Positions 1 to 11,296 of a stretch of 64,000 bases of DNA are shown here, one piece after another; position 1 is the first letter of the stretch, and the number at the start of each line of letters is the position of its first letter. Position numbers and translations under genes: made by a program. The notes below the pieces were generated by a model. That model worked only from the letters and a program-made list of their open reading frames with translations, was not told the DNA's origin and did no database searches. The stretch lies in NCBI GenBank assembly GCA_965153355.1, contig OZ231126.1:27838001-27902000 (forward strand), given 5' to 3'. This stretch comes from Flaccisagitta enflata (taxonomy: Eukaryota).

Positions 1-134
1 CTATACAGACTTCACGCCAACCAGACTCATAGATAGGGAGATGCACAGATGAATCTAGGTGTACACGCAAATTCATCACAGATCGATTAAGAAACTAGCG
101 ATGCATATATTCGGCTTTGTTCAATTCTTACCAG

Positions 135-332
135 ATGGTGGACAAACTACAAATCAAAACATTGGACACGATCAACTCGATGCGTCATCAAGGACAAACG
201 TCGCTGGAAGACGAAGCCGTTCTCGACGTCGCCGAACGAGTTTGCCGTGACGCGGAAAATGCCAAGCAGCTTCTTCCCAAATTACAAGCCGTCGGAATGC
301 AATGGGAGGCACCCGGCAATCCCATCGAACAG
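135..332 (+). CDS. CARMIL: CARMIL/LRRC16-family gene, internal exon (start of helical dimerisation domain)
   Basis: ccag|ATG...GAACAG|gtgggt, 198 nt, phase 0-0. MVDKLQIKTLDTINSMR...AERVCRDAENAKQLLPKLQAVGMQWEAPGNPIEQ resembles recalled CARMIL1 MIDRICVKVQDHLNSLR...[22 protein letters not shown]...SPIQE. Confidence 0.85.
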
Positions 333-772
333 GTGGGTGGGTGATGAGGCTTGGGAAGTAAAAAATGGAAATAGAAACAGAGGATATGAAAGAGAAAAAA
401 AAGAAAAAAGGTCCGTATTGTATAATACACAAAAGGACATGAGATGCATATTGACAGGTGGCAAAGTTGCGGTAGAAAGCAGTATCTCCACCTCTGGCAG
501 AAAATAAAATTGTGAGGTGGCATTCACTTGAAAAAAAAAAGCTTTTAAGCTACGACAATTTAAATTTATTTACGTAAAAAAACAGAAAATCCTTTACAAC
601 TTGAAATTATTGAGGTCTCGTAGATTGTGCAAGGAAACTGTCAACTCAGTAAAAAGATAAATTGGAATCACCAATCTTCGATAGAAACATATTTTGTGCG
701 AGAAATAGTTTTCTGATCCAGTTTATATTCTCTATTTTGATAAAAGTAAACTAAAGAGTAAACAAAAGACTT

Positions 773-990
773 CTATCTGACACAAACGACGCATTGTAGT
801 TCTCGGCCTTCTCTGTATCTCGGGCATGGTAGATCGTTGCAGCTGGCTTCCACCGGCGTGATTTTGGCGGCGACTCCGGCGTCTTGCTTCCCCAAAGCGT
901 GCACGTCCGGACTTCCGGCGACGCAGACGTAATTCGTCTTTAACGGTTGTTGACGCGACGTCGTCACTCGAGGATTCTCTTCCTCGTTAC
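773..990 (-). CDS. nested antisense gene exon 3: C-terminal part of C4-like domain
   Basis: ctctgttcag|GT, phase 1. NYVCV...VEASCNDLPCPRYREGRELQCVVCVR* matches the family C-terminus. The three exons total 1719 nt = 572 aa + stop. Confidence 0.9.
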
Positions 991-1766
991 CTGAACAGAG
1001 GAGAGAAAAAAAATCTCGTTTGGAATTTCGCAGGAAGAGAAATGAGAAGGAACACTGTCTTTGATCTAAGAGATTGGGAGATGTTATTAGATAAGTCAAG
1101 ATTTGAAAAGAATTCATTACATATCCCTCTATCTGCTCCATCTCTAGGTTACATTTTGCCGCCTTTTATTTTTAAGCTTTAATCTAACAGAAAGGGAGAT
1201 GTACAGATGAATGACAAAAGACACTGGCGATATTTGCCTCTCTGTGTACGCTAGAGGGGGTCATACAGGGTTGATTTTGGAAATTCCTTATGGAACTCTG
1301 GAATCTGGGGGTTGATTGTGTGTAGAAAAGGTAAGAAAAAAATTTGGGTATCTTTCTTTTGAGGAAAAATAATCCATTTTTGATAAAAAATGAGGTATCC
1401 AATAGGCGAAAATCGCGAAAATTGCAAAAATCGCGAAAATTGCCAAGATAGAGGCCATTGGTAGTAGCCATCAGGACACTACAAAACATTCATTTTTGGT
1501 TTAGATGATGTATTTTTGCCTTACCCTTACCATTTATGGTAAAGTTTAGGCTTTTAATGCAAGATTTTTCTCATTTTCAGAGCTTTATTCATAATGCTGT
1601 AAAGCCAAATATAAGCAAAAATCAAAGAAATCTGTTGTGTGATAGAAAAAATTGATCCTGATTATTCTAAAAAATAAGTGTTCTTGTTATTCTTAGATTC
1701 CTTTCCCTTGCATGTTAAAGAAATAACATTTTTTATCCATACAATAATTGCAAAAAAAGACAAATA

Positions 1767-1940
1767 CAGTAGAGCTTCACTAGAAGGCACCCGCTAATAG
1801 GGCATGCCCGCCTATAAGGCATACAACTTGCAGTCCCATAAGAAATTTTGTAGTTAATCTTATACTGGCAATAAGGCAGCTTCACTATTAGGCATAATTC
1901 AGCCCAGTCCCTTCGAATGCGCTCTAGTGAAGCTTAACTG
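1767..1940. mobile_element. pogo/Tigger-like MITE
   Basis: TA|CAGTAGAGCTTCACTAGA...TCTAGTGAAGCTTAACTG|TA. Absent from the partner TIR arm. Confidence 0.85.
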
Positions 1941-2148
1941 TATAAGCAAAATCAATAAAAAATGCAAAAATCAGTGCTCAAGCTTCTTCCTCCAGGACCT
2001 GGCATGGGTCTTTTACCTTAGTTTTTTCTGTTTTTTTTTTCCAGAGTTTATTTGTTTTTTTGTTTTTTTTTTTAAATCATATTTGCACCTACACAAATAT
2101 AGGTAGGGCTTCATGGTCAAACTAGAAACCAGTTCGATGAAATGGCTG

Positions 2149-2582
2149 TTTTTTGGGCAGCCGCCCCAAATAGGATGAAGTCCTGTAGAACAGGTGGGGA
2201 CTTTTATTTACTCGTTTGTTCGTTCGTCCTTTCATCTGTTTGTCCCCCCCAGGCCCTCATAGGCGTGAAATCTGCCCTCTCAGGCCTGAAATCTGCCCTC
2301 TCAGGCCTTAATCTCCCCTCTCCAATTCAGGGCTTAAGAGGGCGGATTTGAGGCCTGTGAGGGCAGATTTCAGGCCTGAGAGGGCAGATTTAAGGCCTGA
2401 GAGGGCCTGAGGGGGACTGATGGATGGACAGACAAACAACGAACAAACAAAAGTCCCCCTGTGTTCTACAGGACTTCATCCCTTTCAGTGCCGCTTCCTT
2501 GCTTCCTCTCATTCCGATTCACAACCATGCAAAGCAGGGCAACGGGTATCGCTGACCACATATAGCCCTGGGGCGACCTGTT
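2149..2582 (+). mobile_element. HINE/DINE-1-like element, family B (other copies ~5982-6125, 13117-13523, 13533-14155, 31296-31656, 31807-32928)
   Basis: Starts TTTTGGGCAGCSGCCCC, GTCY-type microsatellite, central 21-bp repeats (CAGGCCTGAAATCTGCCCTCT) in inverted arrangement, ends ...CTGTT in a T-rich site. Confidence 0.7.
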
Positions 2583-4518
2583 AACCACTTAAGACTTGAG
2601 CAAATGAAGAAGCAAACATGAAAAAATGTGCACATTTAAAAAAAAAAAACAATCTAAACAAAAACAACGAAATGACTGAGCAGGAGCTGTTTCAGCTCAC
2701 CAAAACCTCATTTATTGAGTAAAAGTTTTTAAAAATCCATTAGTTATGCAAAAAAACATATGAGTCACTAGGATCAGAACATTTGAAATTTCCTTTTATA
2801 GAATTACAGTTTAAAATCGTAACACTTTTTGAACAAATTACGTAAAAAAATCAAAACGTTCAATCTTATGACTTATGACTTTCTTGACTTTTAATGCTCT
2901 TTCAAAGAGATAGTCAAGAAATGGGTTGGAATTTGCCCAGACCAGCATGATTGTGATCACACCCCCATGCCATAAATGGTTTCACAGAAACAGTTACCAA
3001 AAAATTGATATCCCAGCTCAAGGAGTTTGGTTGGAGTCTGTCTCCACTTAGACTGCATGAGGTGCATTTGGAGGATTTTTGCCCTCTTTGGCACAAAAGT
3101 TAACCCCCCCTTTCCTCTGTTGCTGCAAGATAAACCCTGCTGAAAAATGTCTTTGACTGCACTGGTGTTGTGGACCAAAGTTCAAAGCTGCTTCAAAGGT
3201 TGACTGGTAATCAGCCAAGTTGACAGAGCCACCTTTCACTTTGGACTTCAAGGAAGCTGAACTACTTGCCATCAAAGAGAAATACCTCATTACCCATGCC
3301 ACACACAGTGCAGTGGAAAGGGCCATCATCTGTCTCTGAGGCTTCTGCTGCTGTGGTTGGACAAGAAGCTAGGGAAGGTTTCATCTCAGAATGATGAATG
3401 AGATTATTGAAAATAGTAAATGAGGTCTTGGTGATTTTGCACAAATCCTGCTCATTTACTTTTTTACCTTGATTGCATTTTATTTTCTTTATGACTTGTT
3501 ACTTAGGTCTTGGTGATCTAGCACAGAACGCGCTCAGTTATTAATCTTTACAATTTCTTTTCAATCTAATTTTCAATTTAAATTGTTCAATGTTTATTAC
3601 TATTTATTTTTGCCTTAGTGGTTTATATTTTTACCTCATCACCTAATTGTGCATTTAAGGGTACTTTAGGTGCTTTAAAGGTGATTTTACATTTTTGTCC
3701 GCTTTTGATGGAATTGCCTTAGTGATTAAAGATTTTGTCAAATTGGTTTCTAGTTTGACCATGAAGCCCTACCCATATTTGTGTAGGTGTTAACATTGAT
3801 TTGAGAGAAAAAAAACCAAATAAACTCTGAAAAAAAAACAGAAAAAAATTAAGTAAAACACCCATGCCAGGTTGCAAGTCCTGGAGGAAGAAGCTTGAGC
3901 ACTGATTTTTGCAATTTTTATTGATTTTGCCCTTTTTTGCCTTTTTTTGCAAATATTCTATAGATAAAAAATGTTATTTTTTAACATACAAGGGAAAGGA
4001 ATCTTAGAATAACAAGAATACTGATTTAAACTAACATCTTCAGAATAATCAGGAACAATATTTTCACACAACAGGCTGAACAATTTTATCCATTTTTAAA
4101 GATTTCTGCAATTTCTTTGATTTTTTCTTATTATTGGCTCAATGGCATCATGTGTAAAGCTCTGAAAATGAGAAAAATCTTGCATAAAAAGCCTAATTAT
4201 TACCATAAATGGTAAGGGTAAGGCAAAAATACAGAAATGAATGTTTTGTAGTGTCCTGATGGCTACTACCAATGGCCTCTATCTTGTCAATTTTCGCGAT
4301 TTTTTTCAATTTTCGCAATTTTCGCCGATTGCATACCTCATTTTTTATCAAAAATGGATTATTTTTCCTTAAAAGGGAGATACCCAAAAAATTTTCTAAC
4401 CTTTTCTACACAAAACCAACCCCCAGATTCCAGAGTTCCATAAGGAATTTCCAAAATCAACCCTGTATGACCCCCCCTAGTGTACGCGGTACTGAAGTTA
4501 GAAGAAAAAACCACACAC

Positions 4519-5865
4519 CTTCGTTTTGTTCCGCCTGCGCCGGTCGCGAAGGATAAGTGGATCCACTGGGATTATTTTGTTCGAAAAGTTTCTTCATTCT
4601 TTCCGCGGCTTCGTAATACGTGGCGCAAGATTGGATGAATTTCTCTCGGTCATCGAGTGGGGCCGTGGTGGCCACTTGACGAAATGCCGGCTGACCTTGT
4701 CGCGGTTGTGGGTTCCACGTCGCTTGACGGCCGTACCTCATCGACGTTCCACTTCCAGTGGCTGTGCCTCCAATGTCGGTGCTGTATCCAATATCGCTGA
4801 AGCCGGCGTCGCCTGGCATACCGGCGGTTGCGCCGCCGCCGCCGCCACCGTCATTGGCCGGAAAACCGGCAGCTGGGAATCCCGCGTTACCGGCGGCTGG
4901 GAATCCGGTGTTTCCACTTGCCGGGAATCCCGCGTTACCACTAGCCGGAAACCCGGCGTTGTAATCCGTCCCGGCGCCGGGATTATAATCGGCGGATCCG
5001 TAGTTGGGATAAGAGGTTTGGTAGGATGGATAAGATGGATACGACGGGTATGTAGGAGCTGAGGAAAAGGCGTACATCTTTTGCATGCTAGACCAGTAGT
5101 CGTACCAAGTACCGCACATTTGAACAAAGCGAGGGTCTAAAGGACGCGTCGTCGTTGGCGGACCGGAAGGCGCCGGAAATCCGACGGAAGGATTAAATCC
5201 CGGCTGAGGCGCCGGCGCTCCTTGTTGCGGGTTAAACGCCGGTGGAGGAGGAGGAGGTGGAGGATTTCCGGCGCCCATCGGCAGATTCATAGGAGGCAAA
5301 GGTGGGATATCGCCGTTTTGAGGATTCGTAGGAGGCAGAGGTGGAGGGTCGCCGGATTGGGGATTCATACCCGGCAGAGGCGGGACACCGCCTCCTCCCA
5401 ACGGGATTCCAGGTGGGAAATCCGGGAAAGCCGGCGTGGGAATGGGATCGTCCATTCCCGGAGGCGGATCGGCAGATTCGCCGAAATTGGCGCCCGTTTG
5501 TCGCTTCTTCCGGTAGTAAGGATAATAGGAGTTGGAACTGCCGCTTGGTTCGCTCGCCATCAAATAACCCGAGTAAGCCGTGCGCCAATTGTACGGACAG
5601 TTGTATTTGCCCGGAATGACGAGATGCGTGGATGTGCGGAAGAACAAGCAGACGGCGCACGGGACCGCGTTGCCGTTAAAGTCCTTCGATTCGTCGACGC
5701 CGTCGTACTTGGCCCGGTACGTTCCGAGAATATCCGAACGCCGATCGACTTGATATTCCACCCGGAAAATCTGAGTATACCGATTTTGTTTGCCCGGGTC
5801 GAATCGACCGTATGTAGGATTGTTCGGGAGACAAAGATGTTTGTTTACCGATGATTTCACGCCGT
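4519..5865 (-). CDS. nested antisense gene exon 2: C4-like core plus Pro/Gly/Tyr-rich insert
   Basis: actcag|AC...GAAG|gtgtgt, phase 1-1. Motifs HLCLP, VEY, VPCAVC and VIPGKYNCPYNWRTAYSGYLMA are typical of this domain family. Confidence 0.9.
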
Positions 5866-5968
5866 CTGAGTTGTGGTGTCGTATGTGTTATGGAAGGGGA
5901 GGGTAGGGGGGTTTCAGGTGAATGATTAGATGTTAAGATGCCCTGGTTGTTGAAAGGATGCCCTAGTA

Positions 5969-6839
5969 CTATCTTAGAAATAACAAGTCATCCAAGGATC
6001 GCACATGGTCAGCGGTACCCGATGCCCTGCTTGGAGTGATCAGCTGAAGAAGTTGAGTGAGAGCAGGGCAGCGGCCCCAAAGGACCGATGTCCTGTAGGA
6101 CACAGGGGTGAATTTCCTTACGTCCCGCACGTTTACATGTATATTTCAGGCTAGAATCAACGAATCATCAAAAAATTGATGAGATTATTAAAGCCCTTCA
6201 AATTTGCAAGTAATCTACGCAAACCGCATCTCTATAGCTCAATGCATCCAAAAGTTTCTCAACTTTGAATGAAATGTTTCAATTTTGCTTTTGCCATTTT
6301 ACATAATGCGGACACGCAACTCTATAAGAGGCTTCGTCCATCCGTCCGTCCGTCCGTCCGTCCGTCCGTCTGTCCATCCGTCCGTCCGTCCGTCCGTAAC
6401 CATCGAGTCGAAAAGTGGGAAAACACGCATTTCCGCCCCTGCCCACCCGTCCGCAACTGGTGGCCGTGTATCCGGCCTTGTTTTTAAATTACTTCTAAAC
6501 GCATTGAGCTAGACAGATGCGGTTTGCGTAGACTGCTTGCAAATTTGAAGATCTACATTTCTGTCACCAATTTTTCTATTGTTTGTTGAATCTCTTTGGA
6601 GTTACAAGTGTAAACGTAGCAAAAGAATGGATCAAGAAAATCGTTAAAAAGGTTTGGAATGCCATCACTCCAGAGTACCTAGAAAGGCTCTGCGAACTGC
6701 TTTCCTGATGAACGGCGGTGGTGATTCAGTCAAATGGGGCTAACACTAAATATTCATGGATTTGCAACTGATTTGTCTTCATTTTATGTCAATAAATGAA
6801 CTAATGTTACAGGTTGGAACCTTTTTATTTCTAAGATAG
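5969..6839 (+). mobile_element. Tc1-like deletion derivative with nested insertions
   Basis: TA|CTATCTTAGAAATAA...TTATTTCTAAGATAG|TA termini enclosing a transposase C-terminal relic. Confidence 0.7.
6622..6756 (+). pseudogene. Tc1 transposase C-terminal relic
   Basis: KEWIKKIVKKVWNAITPEYLERLCELLS**TAVVIQSNGANTKY matches the Tc1 W..I....L..L..SM.RR..AVI...G..TKY terminus, with two in-frame stops. Confidence 0.8.
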
Positions 6840-7504
6840 TAGTTGAAAGGATGAATTTGAAAGCATGAGATATGATCAAATAAGATATTACTGACAATCA
6901 TGAAAAATGTTGAACCAGGGTATGAAATGATGAATTAAAAAAAGAATAAGAAACGAGAACAAAAAAGGAAAATATTTGATGGAAAATAGTGTTTTGTTGC
7001 TTGTTATTGTTAGGTAATCGGTTACCAACTTAAACCAGAATGAGAACTACAAGAGTTACGTTAACGTTGGCGCGGTGTTATTCCTCCTTTCTTTGTTGTC
7101 AGTGTTTACTTTCCTTTTCTTTCAGCGAGCTTTGTCCCTCGTGACCCATCACTTTATCTCTCTTTCTCTCTTCTCCTGTCCATTCAAGTTAACCTGATTA
7201 TCGGCTCTCTCCACGGTGCACGCCCTGTGCGCCTCGACTTAATCTTATTTTAAAATGTTTTGAACTGCTATTGATCCCATATGGGCCAATGCCCTCCTGA
7301 CACTATCCTTGACCAGCAGACAACCTCAACGGCTGCAGGCCAATAAATTTGACTTTTTAGGTCGGTATAATCGTGTTTCCCCTTAATTGTATCTCCAAGT
7401 GACATGACATTTATCAAACGTATGTGGTCGCTCCTTCAATCTCTAGATTCAGCCATACCTTAGTCTACACAGCACAGTCATTAATTACAGATTCAATGAT
7501 AATA

Positions 7505-7872
7505 CAATGAGAGGGGCAGCAAAATCGCTAGCACCCCTACCCACAGCTTTGATGGGAAATGTCACAAAGATAACTAAGATGGCAGCTGGAAGCTTATCCC
7601 AAAACAATTCCCGCCATCGAGGCGTTTTTCGGATTTCCTTCTCATTCCATAGAAAATGGACATAAAGGGGCTAAATTCAACACTTCTGAAAATGGTCGAT
7701 TTTCACCCTAAAAAGAGCTGTATCTCTAAAACTAGGTTGAGATTACAAAATCGCCTCGATGGCGGGAATTGTATTAGGATAAGTTATCAACCACCACCTT
7801 TGATACCCCTGTGGTAATGATCATCTGAGCTACAGGTAGGGGTGCTAGCGATTTCGACTACCCCTCTCACTG
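7505..7872. mobile_element. MITE, TA TSD
   Basis: TA|CAATGAGAGGGGCAGCAAAATCGCTAGCACCCCTACC...GGTAGGGGTGCTAGCGATTTCGACTACCCCTCTCACTG|TA. Core resembles 52415-52610. Confidence 0.8.
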
Positions 7873-7945
7873 TAATATCATTGCTTCTGTACGCCTGTTA
7901 CTTTTCTGGTGGAATTGCGGTATCGCCTGCCATCAAGTTTCCAAC

Positions 7946-8099
7946 CTGTCTTAGAAGGTCCGGCCATTAATCCTGAATAGACGAGTTCCGCTCCCCGCCC
8001 TTCGCAATCGCGGCGCCCCCATTGTACTAGAACCACGTCACTGGACGCCAACTGGGCCACAGAAACAATGATTCCCAAGAGCGTTGTGAACCACCACAT
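7946..8099 (-). CDS. nested antisense gene exon 1: signal peptide plus start of short-chain-collagen-C4-like domain
   Basis: MWWFTTLLGIIVSVAQLASS signal-like N-terminus, then VQWGRRDC...ELVYSGLMAG (family motif xRWGxxxCP...ELVYxG). Donor ACAG|gttgga, phase 1. Confidence 0.85.
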
Positions 8100-8844
8100 A
8101 GTCCGAGAGATACAGTGAAAATGGAAGAAAAAAAAAGAAATAAAAAAGACACGAGGCGGAAATCCAAACTTTTTCTCTAGTTTTCTTTTTTGTTAGCGTT
8201 ATCAGTTTCCGTCTTCACTCTTTGGTAGCGTTTTTCCTCTTTCCTCCAAGTTTTGCTGGTCGTTCGCTGCTTTGTTTCTCCTTTTTGCCTTTCTTTTGGG
8301 TTGCAAGGAAAAAAATCTTTGTCTGATATTTTACACTTGTTACCTATTGATTACGCGTTTTCCTTCTTTTCATTTTTCGTAAGCGGCTTACGGGGCAAGA
8401 AATCCTCGGTGGTTGTGTGCGTTGCGTAATTTTTGGTGTGTGCTTCATTGACTTCTTGTTACTTACTAATACTAAGCGAGGCAAATTGATTGATTTATTC
8501 ACGATTTAAATGGATTCGAGACCTTTTTTTTTTTTTTTGCTACGGTTATTAGTTATTGATCTTTCTCTTTTCATGTTATCTCTTCACAGACGATCAAAAT
8601 CCCGTTCTGCCCCCTATTTACTTTTGTTTACTTTGAATCAGATCTTTATTTGGCAGGGATCACTTTAAAGAAAATTGTAAATTCCAATGCTCTTTCATTC
8701 CAAAACCAGCACCAACAAACTTTTTCATTCATTTGATCGTTCATTGAATCATTCATTCATTCATTCACTTACTCATTCAAAGAGGACTCCTCGTTGGCCT
8801 ACTTGGCCTTGTAATGTCATCTCTTAACTTGTATCCCAACTTAG

Positions 8845-8958
8845 TGCTTGGCGAATGTTTCGACCGACATTACCAGATTGCTATGTGAGCAAATGGAGGA
8901 ATGCGTGGCCTCACTTTTAAACGTCACTTCGTCCAGCATGCCAGAGATCATGAGAAAG
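8845..8958 (+). CDS. CARMIL: CARMIL exon (HD domain)
   Basis: acttag|TGC...AGAAAG|gtgagg, 114 nt, phase 0-0. CLANVSTDITRLLCEQMEECVASLLNVTSSSMPEIMRK continues the alignment to CARMIL1 ([38 protein letters not shown]). Not in the ORF track. Confidence 0.85.
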
Positions 8959-9149
8959 GTGAGGGGAAATGGATATAGGATGTCTTTAGTTGGGGGCGAA
9001 TCATTGCTGTAGTGGAATGACGTTAAACTGCGATGATTTGCTTGAGGGTGTAAGGGCGGCAATGGCTAGTTGCAATTAGCAGAGGGCCCAGCGGGCCAGA
9101 GGCAGATGATTATTCCAGTAACCGCCGGTCTTTGCCTCTTTCATGAAAG

Positions 9150-9262
9150 GATCTTATGGAAGAGTTGTCGTTCAACTGTCGGCAAAAGTACGTGATTCCG
9201 CGGGATTTTATCGACCGAGAATTCGTCAACCATTTGTATGGGACATTGATGAATAAGATGAG
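9150..9262 (+). CDS. CARMIL: CARMIL exon (HD domain)
   Basis: catgaaag|GAT...ATGAG|gtaagc, phase 0-2. DLMEELSFNCRQKYVIPRDFIDREFVNHLYGTLMNKM matches the CARMIL V/ITIPRxF...ILNKI motif. Confidence 0.85.
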
Positions 9263-9619
9263 GTAAGCTGGGGATTGTGATCATTACGTGCGTCACCATT
9301 GATAAGTGAAATTTCTGTCTCATCTTCTTTGGTAATCTGAATGCAACGCAGCAATCTCTTCACAGGCACAGGATTTTAATCGTTTTATGGGTAGCCGTTT
9401 TATCAATTCTTTTAAGTGATGATGCATGTTTATTATGTTATTGATTGCTGCTTTTATGGACGGGGGAGGGGTATGACTTCACGATATCCTTGACTGCTGT
9501 ACTGCTATGGCAAATTTTTCCCTAGTTGGAATTTTTTATATTACAATTGCAAGCAGCTGGTCCATTGGTCCATAAGTGCGTCCATCCGCCCTTCATTATC
9601 GGGTCGAAAAATATCAATA

Positions 9620-10837
9620 CAGGGTGATTATTGTTAAATGCAAAAGAGTATTAAGCTTTTACTCCTAGATGCTTTATTTTTATGACTTTGAATGACTTTT
9701 CTCTTTGACGTTTCTTTTTTTTTCTCTCTGACATTTCTCTTTGACGTTTTTTGTGTCAAAATTTTATGGGTCTGAGTTGGATAGTTTGTCCACAATATCA
9801 AATTAAAGTAAAAGAGGCATTTCCAGAAGAAGCTTATTTTCCTCTCAAAATCTTCTTTTTTAATCAGGGAAGTTTGCCTTGGATTTGCTCTCATGACTTT
9901 AGCTATTTATGCTGGATTGGTGTCAAATGGAAGATAATTTGTCCTTCTTACATTGGAGACCAAAGAAGCATCTGTAGTTAAATCATCTTAACATTTTTAA
10001 AGTTCTGGCGTCTTAGGGTAATGGTTGGTCTGTTAGTCGGCTGTTAGAACTAAGAATAGGCTAGAGCTAATTCTGAATAAGTAGAGATAACTGTAACACG
10101 TAATAGCTGCTGATCAAGGATGAACTAAGTATCTCAAGTTTTGAGTATCAAAAGGCTAAATTTACAAAGCCCAGTTTCTTACGGATATATAGAATTTATT
10201 AAAGGATGAGAAGGAAGGTTGTGCGCAGAGAAAGGTTTGAATCAAGACTGAATAAGTGGAAAAGTTACTTTCTTACGATGCAGTTTTCACACACAAAGAG
10301 AATAACAGTATTCAGCTGAGAACGTAATGGAATTACAGTATCCAATCAGAAAACAGAATGCAATAATATTGACCAATAGGCTTTCATGCCATTTCACTTT
10401 TTACCGGAACTAAATTGTAAATTATAAGTTACAAAGTTCTCTTTCTCAAGAAATCATTGTTTTAGTTATAACGGAAAAGTCGTCGCCTTCTCTGTCTGGA
10501 AATTTATAGGATATTTGAGAGGATAGAAAAAGATAGACAGAGACAGAAAGATAGAACATAAAAATGGTCAAATTCATAATTCCATTTTTAATAACATCCA
10601 AACAATATAAAAAAAAATTGCCAGGATAAAAAAAGTCTGTAATCAAGCTCAAGCTGTAGATATTCATTTTACTTCAAACTAATGTTATGAACAAACTATT
10701 CAACTCAGACCCATGAAATTTTGATAAAAAAATGTTATGCATAGTATTATAAGAAAAAAATGATTCTATGGTTAAGAAGATGAAGCATAAAGGAGTAAAA
10801 GCTTAATACTTTTTTGCATTTGACAACAATCACCCTG
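9620..10837. mobile_element. mariner-like non-autonomous element, TA TSD
   Basis: TA|CAGGGTGATTATTGTTAAATGCAAAAGAGTATTAAGCTTTTACTCCT...AGGAGTAAAAGCTTAATACTTTTTTGCATTTGACAACAATCACCCTG|TA. Confidence 0.85.
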
Positions 10838-11208
10838 TACTCGCATTTCCGCCTTTGCCCACCGCCCCCTCCTCCGTCCGCGATCTTATCACCCCGTGTG
10901 GCTAGTTTTCCCCTTCGAAGCTCATTTCTTTGAATCGAGTGGTGCTTATCTTGTCGCCTGGTTTACATTTGTATGTTATGCGTCACGATCGATTGAATGA
11001 TCTCGTTTTGTGACTACTGGACTGGGAATAACCGCGTTTTATCAGGGTCGACAGTCGCAGAATTTATCGGGGCTTTTCAGCTTTTCAGCTTTTTCCATTT
11101 TTCTGTTTTTTCTTTTCTTCGCGTATGAAAGGCAAATCGACAACCAAGGAAATCTTTACTCATATTGGATTTTTTTTGTTCCTCTTTTTTCCCCCTCATT
11201 GTTTTCAG

Positions 11209-11296
11209 CGAATTGAATTTTAATACATCTGCGAATTTGACGGATCGAGTAATCGATGAAGCCCTCGAGGCCTTAGACAAAAGTCATTCAAAGTTG
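11209..11296 (+). CDS. CARMIL: CARMIL exon (end of HD domain)
   Basis: ttttcag|C...AAGTTG|gtaagt, phase 2-0. SELNFNTSANLTDRVIDEALEALDKSHSKL resembles CARMIL1 [30 protein letters not shown]. Confidence 0.9.

Larger units (their letters stand above)
1249..4482. mobile_element. long-TIR (~0.7 kb arms) non-autonomous DNA element, TA TSD
   Basis: TA|CGCTAGAGGGGGTCATACAGGG... pairs with ...CCCTGTATGACCCCCCCTAGTG|TA. Arms ~1249-2145 (interrupted) and ~3725-4482. Confidence 0.85.

Noticed and set aside
333-344. Gene ending at the TGA at 342-344
   Set aside because: The CAG|gtgggt donor and continued CARMIL similarity at 8845 indicate an internal exon.
1184-4556. Near-identical ORFs 1184-1489(-) and 4272-4556(+)
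   Set aside because: They are mirror translations of the TIR arms. The same applies to 16905/17879, 36644/37211 and 48661/49043.
4526-5854. Plus-strand ORFs opposite exon 2 (and ORF 45281-46078 opposite the Ig exon)
   Set aside because: Antisense shadows of GC-rich coding sequence with no recognisable motifs.
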